From positions 1 through 64,000 of IMG/VR virus record IMGVR_UViG_3300042892_002240: a stretch of DNA of 64,000 nt. One strand, written 5' to 3'. Origin of the DNA: a virus. The notes under the pieces were generated by a model that was not told the DNA's origin, ran no database searches, and saw only the letters and a list, made by a program, of their open reading frames with translations. Both the position numbers and the translations under genes were made by a program. Each line of letters begins with the position of its first letter. The stretch's first letter is position 1. Below, one piece after another: positions 48,412 through 58,412 of the stretch.

Positions 48412-49428
48412 TTGAAAACCGAAGAGCATGAGACGCTTGCGTCTATTATTGCATCCATTAACAAGAAGTACGGCGAAGACATTGTTGTACAAGGTAACCG
48501 TGTAAAAGAAGAACTTCCCCGCATTACAACTGGCATCCTTGCCTATGACTTAATGCTTGGTGGTGGCTGGCCTATGAATCAGTGGTCTGAAATCATTGGG
48601 GATGAATCATCCGGTAAGACTGCAATTGCTTATAAAACTATTGCAGCCAATCAAGCGTTAGACCCTGAGTGGATTGCTATGTGGGTTGCAGCAGAAGAGT
48701 TTGTGCCTGAGTACGCCGCAGCAATTGGTGTTGACTTAGAACGTTTGTGGGTTGTTGAAACAAACATTATGGAACACGCTTATGATCTGATTATTCGGAC
48801 CATGCAGAACCGTGCCGTTGACTGTATTGTCCTAGACTCGCTTCCGGCACTTGTACCTAGTGATGAAAACGAAAAAACAATGGCAGAGTTCCAAATGGGG
48901 CTTGGTGCACGACTTACTGGTAAGTTCTTCCGTAAGTCATCCAAAGCACAGAAACGTTCTATGGTTAATGAAGACCGTGGTTGTACTGGCTTGATCATTA
49001 ACCAATGGCGTGAAAAGATTGGCGTCATGTACGGTGACCCCCGCACTACACCAGGCGGTAAAGCCAAGAACTTCCATTACTTCTGTCGCGTTGAAGTAAA
49101 ACGGGATGAATGGATTAAAGAAAAAGACGAGTCAGTAGGCCAAACTATTCGTGGGCGTACCATGAAGAACAAGACTTACAAGCCACAACAAGTAGCACAG
49201 GTAGATTTTTACTTTACTGACTCAAATGGTTTCTCCCTTGGGGAGTTTGACACCATTAAAGACATTGTAAACATTTGTATTGCTACAGAAATTGTTACTC
49301 GTGGTGGTGCTTACTACAACTACGATGGCCAGAAATGGCAAGGTAAGGATGCTTTGTTGCAAGCCGTAAGAGAAGACCTAGAGTTGCAAGCAGTACTCAA
49401 ACAGAAAGCTACAGAGAAGTTTCTATGA
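48412..49428 (+). CDS. recA: RecA recombinase
   Basis: TG...D..LGGG.P, EI.GDESSGKT, DS..AL.P..E, INQ.REKIGVMYGDP.TTPGG.A. Confidence 0.95.
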   Translation: MKTEEHETLASIIASINKKYGEDIVVQGNRVKEELPRITTGILAYDLMLGGGWPMNQWSEIIGDESSGKTAIAYKTIAANQALDPEWIAMWVAAEEFVPEYAAAIGVDLERLWVVETNIMEHAYDLIIRTMQNRAVDCIVLDSLPALVPSDENEKTMAEFQMGLGARLTGKFFRKSSKAQKRSMVNEDRGCTGLIINQWREKIGVMYGDPRTTPGGKAKNFHYFCRVEVKRDEWIKEKDESVGQTIRGRTMKNKTYKPQQVAQVDFYFTDSNGFSLGEFDTIKDIVNICIATEIVTRGGAYYNYDGQKWQGKDALLQAVREDLELQAVLKQKATEKFL

Positions 49429-49763
49429 TTCTTGGTCGTGAAGACCCCAAAGATAAACAACGACAAATAATGAAAGCTTCTAAAAAGCAGGAATTACGTT
49501 CTGCTAAGGCTTACAATGGAAGTCGTAACGCAGGATCAGGTTCTGGGTGGATGCGTAAAAATGACGTGCGCACCCATGACATGCTTATAGAAAACAAATT
49601 GACATACAATGAAAAGTCTTACTCAATTAAGTCCAAGGAACTACAGGAGTTAACGCAACGTGCTGTACTTGAAGATCGTCTTCCTGTGCTTCAGTTCGAC
49701 CTTGGCGGGCGTAATTACGTCATTCTTAATGAAGCAGACTTCCAAATGATTATTGGAGAATAA
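49425..49763 (+). CDS. PD-(D/E)xK nuclease/resolvase-like protein
   Basis: QE...AK...G....GSG.GW..K.DV....IENK. Confidence 0.75.
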   Translation: MILGREDPKDKQRQIMKASKKQELRSAKAYNGSRNAGSGSGWMRKNDVRTHDMLIENKLTYNEKSYSIKSKELQELTQRAVLEDRLPVLQFDLGGRNYVILNEADFQMIIGE

Positions 49764-49945
49764 TGGACAAATACGATTATTATTGCGCAGGAATGCTAGA
49801 TGGCACTAATGATTTTAAAAAATCTGATGTTGACTGGCAAACTATTGCTAAAAATTTGTACAAAATTATTCAACAAGGAACAAAAATGCCTGTACATTTA
49901 GGGATTCAATACATTGACGACTACTTGGAGGCAACACGTGACTGA
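49763..49945 (+). CDS. Small hypothetical protein
   Basis: GGAG SD, coupled on both sides. Confidence 0.55.
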   Translation: MDKYDYYCAGMLDGTNDFKKSDVDWQTIAKNLYKIIQQGTKMPVHLGIQYIDDYLEATRD

Positions 49946-50807
49946 TACACCATGGAACATGCAAGACTATAAAACTATGATGCGTGCAAAAGGTCGGTTG
50001 CTTCCTATTGTAGAACAAGTAGCTGCTAGAGAAGCAGCATCAAAAAACTCACATAGAGATACCAAGCATCTCCATCCAAGTGAGCTATCTAAAAAAGATT
50101 GGTGTGCTCGGGCCGCTGTATACAAGATTACTGATGTTCCAGGATCAGACGAATCAGTTGCTTTTGGTCGTCTAAACATTTTTGCTGAAGGGAACTCTAT
50201 TCATGCTAAATGGCAGACGTGGTTATGGAAAGCAGGAATCCTCTCGGGGGTATGGAATTGCAAAGCGTGTGGCGTTGTTTGGGTTGGTGTCTCCCCTACT
50301 GCTTGTGTTAGTTGTAAGTCTGATCGGATTAAGTACGGCGAGGTTCCTCTATCTAATGATGAACACCGGATACTCGGGCACGCGGATGGAGAGATATGCG
50401 ATAAAGACGGCGCAGCACTCATCGAGATCAAGAGCGTAGGTATTGGTACAGTTCGGTTTGAAAAACCCTCTTTGTTTATGGACTACAGCAAGGGTGAACT
50501 TACAATTGACAAAGTATGGAAAGAAATCAAAACACCATTTGCTTCCCATATTCGCCAAGGCAACATCTACATGTACTGCACTGGCATTGACACCATGGTT
50601 TTTATCTATGAGTGGAAGCCCACGCAAGAGGTAAAAGAGTTTGTAGTTAAATACAACCCTGACATTATGGAACCCATCCTAGAAAATTGCAAAACAGTAA
50701 TTGAGCATCTTGATAATGAGACAACTCCAGATCGCCCATCTTGGGCAACAGTTAGTTCTTGTTCAGGATGCAAGTTTTGCCCGTACAAGAAAGTGTGTTG
50801 GAAATGA
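49938..50807 (+). CDS. Cas4-like exonuclease (Fe-S, PD-(D/E)xK)
   Basis: PS....C.R, G..IH, GHADG, IEIKS, Q...YM, C..C..CPY..C. Confidence 0.88.
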   Translation: MTDTPWNMQDYKTMMRAKGRLLPIVEQVAAREAASKNSHRDTKHLHPSELSKKDWCARAAVYKITDVPGSDESVAFGRLNIFAEGNSIHAKWQTWLWKAGILSGVWNCKACGVVWVGVSPTACVSCKSDRIKYGEVPLSNDEHRILGHADGEICDKDGAALIEIKSVGIGTVRFEKPSLFMDYSKGELTIDKVWKEIKTPFASHIRQGNIYMYCTGIDTMVFIYEWKPTQEVKEFVVKYNPDIMEPILENCKTVIEHLDNETTPDRPSWATVSSCSGCKFCPYKKVCWK

Positions 50808-51307
50808 CCCGAATCATATCTAGCGTTCCTACGGAGGAGAACCCAGCAATTGTTAGGTTTAATTCCAAGTTTGTACTCCCTAGTCGTCCTGGGGAATCCG
50901 CACCCTCTATTCCCCGCAATCTTGATGATATGAGCGACCGGGAGCTAATGGAACTGTACTCTCAGTTCATGGCTTGGGTTTCCTACAGCAAAGCGGAGCT
51001 TGTAAAAGCAGAAATTGAAGAAGAATCTGGCATTCATAAAAGCCGAGTAATTGAAGCTACTGCGTTGATTGACCAATGGGGTATTAGCGCCAAAGGGGAC
51101 TTAGTAACCCTGGCCAAAGCACGACGAGACATTGACCCCAAGGTTGTTGCACAGCAAGAAAAAAACCAAATCTCAAAGGCTTACCGAAAGCTAGTAGAGA
51201 CTATGTTTGAATCCTGCGAACGTGGAGCACAATTGCTTTCACGAGAGCTAAGTCGTAGAATTGGTTTAAACGGTAAAGAACAACGTACATCACGGTTTGG
51301 AGCATAA
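50804..51307 (+). CDS. Helical recombination-mediator-like protein
   Basis: Long helical protein ending LSRELSRR, in the recombination block. Confidence 0.5.
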   Translation: MTRIISSVPTEENPAIVRFNSKFVLPSRPGESAPSIPRNLDDMSDRELMELYSQFMAWVSYSKAELVKAEIEEESGIHKSRVIEATALIDQWGISAKGDLVTLAKARRDIDPKVVAQQEKNQISKAYRKLVETMFESCERGAQLLSRELSRRIGLNGKEQRTSRFGA

Positions 51308-51308
51308 A

Positions 51309-51482
51309 ATGACAACATGGCATGAAGTTGGCGCTAAAAACGCTCAAATAGAAAACGAACGCAGGCGTCAAGACGCTAACGCTCGTGCGTCAATTGGCCC
51401 TATTAGTGATGTAAACCAGACTCTTAAAGAAATTAAAGCATTATTAATTGAAATCCGAGAAGCCATTAAAAATGGCGAATAA
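51309..51482 (+). CDS. Small hypothetical protein
   Basis: GGAG SD; coiled C-terminus. Confidence 0.55.
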   Translation: MTTWHEVGAKNAQIENERRRQDANARASIGPISDVNQTLKEIKALLIEIREAIKNGE

Positions 51483-51834
51483 AGCAAAACAAAAGGGAAC
51501 TTCCTTTGAAACCCTAATTCGTCAATACCTAAACGACAATGGTTTCCCGGTAGCACACCGAACCGTCCTTAAAGGCGGGGGGGACACTGGGGACATCAAT
51601 GGCATTAGGAATAAAGCAAATCGTCAAGTTGCTGTACAATGTAAAAACCAAAAGGCGTTTGCCCTTAGCCAATGGTTAAACGCCACTATTGAGCAAGCAG
51701 ACAATTTAGGTGGTGCAGTTCCCGCTTTGGTTGTTAAACGCCCAGGTAAGGGTGAAAAAGCCGTGGGTGATTCCTACGCTGTGCTTAGGTTATCTGATTT
51801 GGTTCAATTACTTAATGAGGCTGGTTACTTCTAA
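51472..51834 (+). CDS. Holliday junction resolvase (archaeal Hjc-like)
   Basis: KQKGTSFE..I..YL...GF, D.GDI, VQCKN, W......QA. Confidence 0.8.
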   Translation: MANKAKQKGTSFETLIRQYLNDNGFPVAHRTVLKGGGDTGDINGIRNKANRQVAVQCKNQKAFALSQWLNATIEQADNLGGAVPALVVKRPGKGEKAVGDSYAVLRLSDLVQLLNEAGYF

Positions 51835-51893
51835 ACTTATGTACCACAGTGCATGTTGCATTACCCGTACATAAAGTAAATGGAGACACCCCC

Positions 51894-52178
51894 ATGTCAG
51901 ACGAAGAACAAATTGAAGACATCGTAAAAGTATCCGGCACAAGTAACCCACAAAGCGTTGGGTCTATTGTTGCCCGCTCGGTTGTAGCAGGACAGTCACC
52001 CAAGATTCGCGCAATTGGCGCAAGTGCTGTAAACCAAGCTTCTAAAGCTTGTGCTATTGCTAGAGGGTTTGTTGCACCAAGAGGCATTGACCTCTTGTTT
52101 GTAATCGGCTTTGATGACATTAAAGGTGATAACGGAGAAACAATCTCAGCTATTACATTCAGACCAGTCGCCCGATAG
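51894..52178 (+). CDS. spoVS: SpoVS family protein
   Basis: KVS..SNP.SV, AIGA.AVNQA.KA.AIARGFVAP.GIDL, F.DI...E.ISAI.F. Confidence 0.92.
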   Translation: MSDEEQIEDIVKVSGTSNPQSVGSIVARSVVAGQSPKIRAIGASAVNQASKACAIARGFVAPRGIDLLFVIGFDDIKGDNGETISAITFRPVAR

Positions 52179-52192
52179 TACTTCTTTAAAAG

Positions 52193-52201
52193 TGGTAATA
52201 T
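52193..52201 (+). promoter_or_regulatory. Extended -10 promoter TGGTAATAT
   Basis: Intergenic, before the 1382-aa gene. Confidence 0.5.
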
Positions 52202-52235
52202 TTGATAGAGCTGCTACAACTATGCGAGGTTTCTA

Positions 52236-55200
52236 ATGGCAAAAAAGACCCCTAAAGTTATCAAATCTGGTAACAACAGAGAAAACACTAAAAACCCAAC
52301 ACCGGCTGCGGAAAAGTCAGAACCCAAAGCAAAAAGAACTAAGACGCAAGCTAAAGCAGATCGTCAATTAAAAATTCAAATTGATGCTGAAGCTCGTGAC
52401 TTAATATACGACGATCCAAGCTTAAGCATGGAAGAAGCTCGCTCAGAAATTATTGCTCGTCGTTACAAGCTTGACGAAAAAGTTGCTAATGAAGATGACA
52501 CTGCCGAAGCCCGAGAAGTTGCGGTAGACCCAACAGACATCACTAGTGCGGACACCGGTGAAGCTCGCATTGCTGACACCACTGAATTTTCGGACCTTGA
52601 AAACACAGGGGAAAACGTTCAAACAGAGACTTTTGACCCTACAACCATCCGTGGTTACACCCCAGAAGAGGGTGCACCATTAGGTGGTCCTGATAAAGAA
52701 ACATACGCATATTTATCCCCTGAAGAGCGTGTTGCTAAATTAGCTGATCAAAGACTTGCAGCTGGCGCTGAAGGCGGTCTTGACGATCAAACAACTTTGC
52801 CTGCAGACTTGCGTAGTACAACACCTCGTCCAGGGAGAACTCCTCGTCGTTCAATCTTTTCAAGAAGAGGACAAGTTGCTCAAAGTTACGTAGACACTCT
52901 TGATGTTTCTGACGAAGCTGCGCAAGGAAAAATGGATTCAAACAGGCGTGGTGCAGCCTTTGCTGTAGGCGGTACGCCACTTGCAGAAGGGGAACTTGGC
53001 CCCCGTTTAACGTCCCCAATTTATAATGACACTGACCCCCGCAGATCAGCGACTACACGTACTCCAGAAGAAATTGTTATGGACAGAAAGCCAGGAACCC
53101 CAGGACGCAGCCTTGGTGGCGGGTTAATCCTAGGTCGTCGTTTTAGAGGTAGAAAAGGATACAACCAAACCCCAGGTGTCGTTGAAGTTAACGAAGATAA
53201 CGCAACAAGGGCTCTAATTGGCAACGTTGATTTAGCCATTCAAAACGCAATGAGTAGTGTTGGTGCACGCCCAGCAGGACCAAGAAGTTCTGGGGCAGAC
53301 CTTACCGTTGAACAAGCTCGTACCTCTCCAGAACTTAGAGGAGCTTTGCAACAAGGAAGCATGCAAGGTGTGCTTTCTACTCAAACAGGCGACGACGTAA
53401 CTCAAATGGTTGGCTCGTTCACAACCCGAGATAGCTCCGCCCGTACTTCAGGAACAATGCCTGCAGAGGAAGCAGATGCTGCGTCACGCGAAACAACTCG
53501 TGTAGTTCCTAAAATTGACGCAAGTGGCAATGAAATGAAAGATCCTCGCAATGCTGATGTAACTTTGACAGAGCTTGCCAATCCTCGTGTTGCCCCACGC
53601 CCAGCAGCATTTCCTGAAGAAGGATTCGCAATCCCTTCAATTTTTGGTAGCCAGCAATTTCGAATGACTGCTGAATACTTACAGGCACGCAATGACGCAG
53701 AAACAGCCGCACGCGCAAGAGCCACTAGCGGTAGGGTTAAAGACGCAGATTTTGCTGCTTCTCCTGTAGGGCAAGAAGCCGCAGCACGTGCAGAGGCCAA
53801 CGAACCATTGCCTCACACCATGGTTCCAAACCCAGCGTTCACTCCTGTTGATGAACAAGGTATGCCTTATGAAGAAGGCCCAGAAGCTGACGCTGAACGA
53901 ATTGGTATGGCAGAAGCAATGGCTAGAGGACGTCGCTCTACCGGTCGTTCATTCCGCGTTAGAAAAACCGGCCGTACCGGTGAATCTAGAAACAGAGACT
54001 TTGTTAGCACCCGTACTCCAGGACAAGATGAGTACTACCCTACAAAACCAGAGTACAAAAAAGTAATTAGAGTTGCACCAGGTTCCGCAACAAGACAATA
54101 CGCTAAAGATGAAAACGGAAAAACAATCCTTGACGAAAGAGGAAAGCCAGTACCGTTGCGCGATGCTGAGGGCAAACCGGTTGTTTCTGCACAGGAAACA
54201 AAAACTGTGGATGAACCTACTGGCAGAAGAGTAGCTGATTACGGCCCAGAAACTGCTGTTGGCCCAGATATTGTTAGAGAAGCTACCGCTGCATTGCGTG
54301 AATCAAACGGTGGCATGACAGAAGAGCAGGCACTTGAAGGTGCTACTTTGTTTACAGCAGCTGAAGATGAAGCTCAAAAATCTAGGGAATCAGAAATGGT
54401 TCATCAAGGCCAAACTGCTGGGATTTCTGATCATGGTGAAGTTTCCACAACCACTGGTTCTGGTAAAAACCCTCTTCCAAAAGATGTTACGGCACGTAAA
54501 GCCCTTATCCCAGCAACTGTTGGTGGAACTGTTCAAGCTGACATTATTGACCCGGAAAAAAAGGTTACTAAAAAGGTATTAGATCCAACTACTGGAAAAA
54601 TGGTTAACCAAGAGGTATCTCAGTTGGTTGAGCATGTTACTGCTGGTGTTGCTGACCCAGAAAAAAAAGCACGTATTGCTGAAGGTTTGTTAGTTAAAAC
54701 AACCGACACTCAATTTACTGCTCCAAAAGAAGACGAGTTTGGTGTAGAAATTGAAGAAGAAGCAGAAACAAACCCACTTGATACTGGTGTAGACAAAACG
54801 CCTGCAAGAGGGTACTCCCCAACAATGCGCCCTCACCCACTCACTGGAACCCCAGCACCAGAGTTTAAAGACACTGGTCGTCCAAGAAGAGATAAAGTTC
54901 AACATGAAGCAGCTTTAGCAGAGTGGTCAAAGTACAACACAGTTGATAAGTCCCCAGAAGCTATTCAACAAGCAAGAGACCTACAACAAGCAAGCCGTAT
55001 TGCTGAACGTGATCAAAGACTTGCAGATTCGGGCAATAGTCCAGAAGCCTTGCAAAGAAGCAACGATGCAAAAGCTGCAGATATTGCAGCCGGCATTGCA
55101 GCAAGTACCCCAGAAGCTATAGCAGCCAACGCAGAAGCTGCTAAAGCAGACGCAGCCAAACGCAAAGAACAGAGTGATGCTACTGCACGACGCCAAAGAG

Positions 55201-56384
55201 AAAACCCTCCTTTGGAAGCCTCGGCTCCACCAGGAACTCCTTCTAAAGAAGAGCTTGCAGTTGCAGAGAAATCAGGCAGATCAGTAGAAGAGGTTATGGC
55301 TGCCCCCGCAGCAATTGCCGCAAAGACTGCAGCAGAAGCAAAAGAAAGAAAAGCCAATGACCCGTATGACGAAGCAAACACGCCAACCCTTGCAATTGGC
55401 GGCGGTAGCAGGATACGCAACGCTGTTTACCCACAAACATTACCTTCAGGAGCAGCACACCCTTCTGCTGGTCAGATAGTCCGTACTCGTAATGGCGCTG
55501 TTGTTGAACACGACGTGGCTACACACACCCCACGTTTTGATGAAAACGGGAACTTTAGCCACCTTGAGAGCACCCTTCCTGCGTACGAACAAAAGGTTGA
55601 ACCAATCACTTTGTCAAGAGTTTCTCCTGAGGATAGGTTCCGTATTGAGACGGCTAACAAGTTATTGGCAAAAGAAGGAAAGCCTGCAATTGTTGCTACA
55701 AGCGCAAACCGTGGCGTTCTTGAACCTGGCGTAGAAGACCATGGCACTACTTTTGGAGCAATTCCAGGTATTGTTCCGCCTTCACCAACTGTCACTAGGC
55801 CGGTTAGCACTAGCGTTCCTGGAGCAGGTGTTTCACAGCGCATTGTTAGAGATGCCAGCGGTGAAATTGACAGAGCAGCATCAAGCGGAACTGTTACATC
55901 TATGGATGTTACTGTTGCCAACCCACGTTGGCACCTTGGAAGCCAGGTTAGAGTTGGTCAGCCAGCGGTAACAACTAGAGGAGTCTCTTCCCCTAATGCA
56001 CCTATTACTAATCAACGTCAAGAAGCACTTGCTCAACTACGTAGACGTCCTGGCCAACCATTGGAAGGTCAGCCAATGCCTCGTAGAGCGCAAGAAGGTA
56101 TTATTGTGCAACCGTCTGGGTACATCCACCCAGCGTTAACCAGGGATGCTGTTGCTAGAGGCGCCAACTCAGGTACTACAGAATCACGACCTGCATTCTT
56201 GGTTGAAAACCCTGCCACCCAGGGCCCAGGCACTTATGTATCTCCGGATGCAACTGCACAACCAATTAATGCAAATTCACGACGGGTTGCAGAACGACGA
56301 TTTGGTCCTGCAATGGACCGCACTGCAGAGGAAGAACAAGCCCGCATAACTAGCGCAATGGGTGGCGGACAGTTTAATAAGTGA
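52236..56384 (+). CDS. 1382-aa low-complexity, probably largely disordered protein
   Basis: Rich in A/E/T/P/R/G/D; no Cys seen and only two Trp; GAGGT SD. Confidence 0.8.
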   Translation: MAKKTPKVIKSGNNRENTKNPTPAAEKSEPKAKRTKTQAKADRQLKIQIDAEARDLIYDDPSLSMEEARSEIIARRYKLDEKVANEDDTAEAREVAVDPTDITSADTGEARIADTTEFSDLENTGENVQTETFDPTTIRGYTPEEGAPLGGPDKETYAYLSPEERVAKLADQRLAAGAEGGLDDQTTLPADLRSTTPRPGRTPRRSIFSRRGQVAQSYVDTLDVSDEAAQGKMDSNRRGAAFAVGGTPLAEGELGPRLTSPIYNDTDPRRSATTRTPEEIVMDRKPGTPGRSLGGGLILGRRFRGRKGYNQTPGVVEVNEDNATRALIGNVDLAIQNAMSSVGARPAGPRSSGADLTVEQARTSPELRGALQQGSMQGVLSTQTGDDVTQMVGSFTTRDSSARTSGTMPAEEADAASRETTRVVPKIDASGNEMKDPRNADVTLTELANPRVAPRPAAFPEEGFAIPSIFGSQQFRMTAEYLQARNDAETAARARATSGRVKDADFAASPVGQEAAARAEANEPLPHTMVPNPAFTPVDEQGMPYEEGPEADAERIGMAEAMARGRRSTGRSFRVRKTGRTGESRNRDFVSTRTPGQDEYYPTKPEYKKVIRVAPGSATRQYAKDENGKTILDERGKPVPLRDAEGKPVVSAQETKTVDEPTGRRVADYGPETAVGPDIVREATAALRESNGGMTEEQALEGATLFTAAEDEAQKSRESEMVHQGQTAGISDHGEVSTTTGSGKNPLPKDVTARKALIPATVGGTVQADIIDPEKKVTKKVLDPTTGKMVNQEVSQLVEHVTAGVADPEKKARIAEGLLVKTTDTQFTAPKEDEFGVEIEEEAETNPLDTGVDKTPARGYSPTMRPHPLTGTPAPEFKDTGRPRRDKVQHEAALAEWSKYNTVDKSPEAIQQARDLQQASRIAERDQRLADSGNSPEALQRSNDAKAADIAAGIAASTPEAIAANAEAAKADAAKRKEQSDATARRQRENPPLEASAPPGTPSKEELAVAEKSGRSVEEVMAAPAAIAAKTAAEAKERKANDPYDEANTPTLAIGGGSRIRNAVYPQTLPSGAAHPSAGQIVRTRNGAVVEHDVATHTPRFDENGNFSHLESTLPAYEQKVEPITLSRVSPEDRFRIETANKLLAKEGKPAIVATSANRGVLEPGVEDHGTTFGAIPGIVPPSPTVTRPVSTSVPGAGVSQRIVRDASGEIDRAASSGTVTSMDVTVANPRWHLGSQVRVGQPAVTTRGVSSPNAPITNQRQEALAQLRRRPGQPLEGQPMPRRAQEGIIVQPSGYIHPALTRDAVARGANSGTTESRPAFLVENPATQGPGTYVSPDATAQPINANSRRVAERRFGPAMDRTAEEEQARITSAMGGGQFNK

Positions 56385-56396
56385 TAACCTGACCAT

Positions 56397-56687
56397 ATGA
56401 CATCACTATTTGCAGCAAACGGATTACTAGAAACAACTGAAGGCAAGACTTCAACACTTCTAACAGGTGGTGGGGAATGGTCTCCAGAAGAGATTAAAGC
56501 AATGACACCACGTCTGGCTACCCAAGCAGAGTACAACTTTAGAGCAAAGCAAGAAGCGGATAAGAAAATTAAACAAGCTGAAGAAAACGCCTACAACATG
56601 GAATTAATGAAAAACTACAAAAACAACGTAAAGACATTCCGAATTTACGACCCGATCACAAAGACGTATTCTCCGCCTAATAAGTAA
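56397..56687 (+). CDS. Hypothetical protein (probably leaderless)
   Basis: ATG follows TGATAACCT by a 6-nt spacer. Confidence 0.6.
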   Translation: MTSLFAANGLLETTEGKTSTLLTGGGEWSPEEIKAMTPRLATQAEYNFRAKQEADKKIKQAEENAYNMELMKNYKNNVKTFRIYDPITKTYSPPNK

Positions 56688-56691
56688 CTAT

Positions 56692-56856
56692 ATGTCACCA
56701 AAGAAGAACCAAAATGATTGGCGCACCCTAGCCAACAACCAAGATTACGCTGATCAATTTGATGACTGGTACACAGAAGAAGCAATTCGGGATACCAAAA
56801 ACAAGCGTCGTGAAAAGGATCGACATGCCAGCAAAGAAGATAACTTCTATTATTAA
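56692..56856 (+). CDS. Small charged protein (54 aa, not in ORF track)
   Basis: MSPKKNQNDWRTLANNQDYADQFDDWYTEEAIRDTKNKRREKDRHASKEDNFYY. Confidence 0.5.
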   Translation: MSPKKNQNDWRTLANNQDYADQFDDWYTEEAIRDTKNKRREKDRHASKEDNFYY

Positions 56857-56960
56857 AAGGAATGAAGAAGCCCGCAGGCAAGCGGCGCCTAGACCCATTT
56901 CTATGGTTGGCGCTGGTAGCCAAGGTGGGATGTTAACGGGCATGGGAACTGGTGGAGATC

Positions 56961-57473
56961 GTGGCTAGTCAGCAAGCTGCCAATCAACAAACATTTACAA
57001 ACTGGGGCAGCAGTTACGACCCCTACTCCAATGACGCTCAGACGGCAGCACTTGGACCAACCCCTACCTTTCGTAACCCTAAAGACGCTCGTTTAGCCGC
57101 CTGGGGCTCTTCCCCAGACACACAGTATCCAGATGGGTACCTTGGCACCTTATCGGCCAACAGGCGCCAGGATAAGGTTACAAACGCCATTCAACGCAAT
57201 AACGCTCGCCCATACACCAGAGGCGTCCACAAAGGTGAGCGTATTAACCCCGGTGACTACGTTTGGCCCGATGAATTCAACCCCATGACTGGCTTGTTAC
57301 TGCAATCACAAGGTAAGAAGTTTGCTCCAACTGGGGCTGTAAACGCTCACCTTACTAACGGTGGTAAGGCTGGGCCTAAAGGCGTACCGGGAAGCTTGAA
57401 TCGCCCCAAGCAAGAAGTAATCAACCTCCAGAGGCAGTCAATGCTCAAATCATTAGCTCCGTCCTGGAAGTGA
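56961..57473 (+). CDS. Hypothetical protein (PDGYLG...RGVHKGERI motif)
   Basis: GTG after GGAG; Pro/Gly-rich. Confidence 0.65.
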   Translation: MASQQAANQQTFTNWGSSYDPYSNDAQTAALGPTPTFRNPKDARLAAWGSSPDTQYPDGYLGTLSANRRQDKVTNAIQRNNARPYTRGVHKGERINPGDYVWPDEFNPMTGLLLQSQGKKFAPTGAVNAHLTNGGKAGPKGVPGSLNRPKQEVINLQRQSMLKSLAPSWK

Positions 57474-57521
57474 CATTAAATAACCTGATAGAATTATCAC
57501 AACTTAACAAAGGACTTTATT

Positions 57522-57962
57522 ATGGCATTTAACCTTCCAGGCATTTTAGGACGCAATAACCAAGCACGACAAGATCGCCTTAATGAAGTTCATAACGATA
57601 CACTCCGTCGAGCAAAAAGTGATGTTGACAATGCAATATTTAGTCGGGAACAAGCACTTAACAGTAAAGACGCATCTCCTGACAGTTTTTCTCGTAGATC
57701 AAACAATTCAAAAGCAAAAACTGAGGTTTCACTTGCGGGTACTGCACAAGATTCTTTGTATGGACATAAACTTAACGCTGTTAAAACAGCTAAAGAGCAT
57801 GTTTCTAACTTAAAAGAAAAAAGTTTATTAGGCAAAGGTGAAGACCGCCGCAAACTGGGTGAGGTTAGTTCTGCTAAAAAAGATGCTAAAGCATTGGCTG
57901 CAGACGCTGAAAGTTTTAACCCTATGAAGAAAAAAATATACAACCCGCTAGCTGAGTTATAA
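57522..57962 (+). CDS. Basic helical protein, MAFNLPGILGRN paralogue 1
   Basis: AAGGA SD; extended -10 TGATAGAAT at 57486. Confidence 0.75.
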   Translation: MAFNLPGILGRNNQARQDRLNEVHNDTLRRAKSDVDNAIFSREQALNSKDASPDSFSRRSNNSKAKTEVSLAGTAQDSLYGHKLNAVKTAKEHVSNLKEKSLLGKGEDRRKLGEVSSAKKDAKALAADAESFNPMKKKIYNPLAEL

Positions 57963-57972
57963 AGGAGCCATC

Positions 57973-58407
57973 ATGGCATTTAACATTCCAGGAATTTTAG
58001 GACGTAACCGTCAAGCACGCCAAAGCATGGTTGAAAATACTATAGCTGATGCTCACCAAGCAGGTGAAAGCCGTTTTCAAGACAAGTATCATGACACCAG
58101 AGAGCAGTTAGTAGACAGCATTGGTAAAAAGAAGGCTGAAAAAAGTGCTCGAGTTATTGGTCAAATGGGATACGAGAACGTAACTAACGACAGCATGACT
58201 GACGCTGTTAGTAAAGCAGCTTCAAAAGTTGAAGAATTAAAATATGCCCGTGCTAATAGCAAATGGGACGAAGAAGTGGAACGCCGCCCAGGCCGTGGAG
58301 AAGTACGCGGTGCTAAAAAAGATGTAAAAGCTTTGAAAAAAGCTGAAGTTAAAGTAGCACGCCATTTAAATAACGCATGGAACGAACCTCCCCTAAACGA
58401 GGACTGA
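57973..58407 (+). CDS. Basic helical protein, MAFNIPGILGRN paralogue 2
   Basis: AAGGAG SD; shares the N-terminus and GEV..AKKD.KAL with the previous gene. Confidence 0.75.
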   Translation: MAFNIPGILGRNRQARQSMVENTIADAHQAGESRFQDKYHDTREQLVDSIGKKKAEKSARVIGQMGYENVTNDSMTDAVSKAASKVEELKYARANSKWDEEVERRPGRGEVRGAKKDVKALKKAEVKVARHLNNAWNEPPLNED

Positions 58408-58412
58408 AACTT

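Noticed and set aside
49938-50807. CRISPR-Cas system suggested by the Cas4-like gene
   Set aside because: No repeat-spacer array or other cas genes; solo Cas4-like nucleases are usual in phage recombination blocks
56759-56968. 69-aa ORF from the track
   Set aside because: Largely overlaps a better-placed ORF at 56692-56856; only the part from ATG 56825 might be real, with insufficient support
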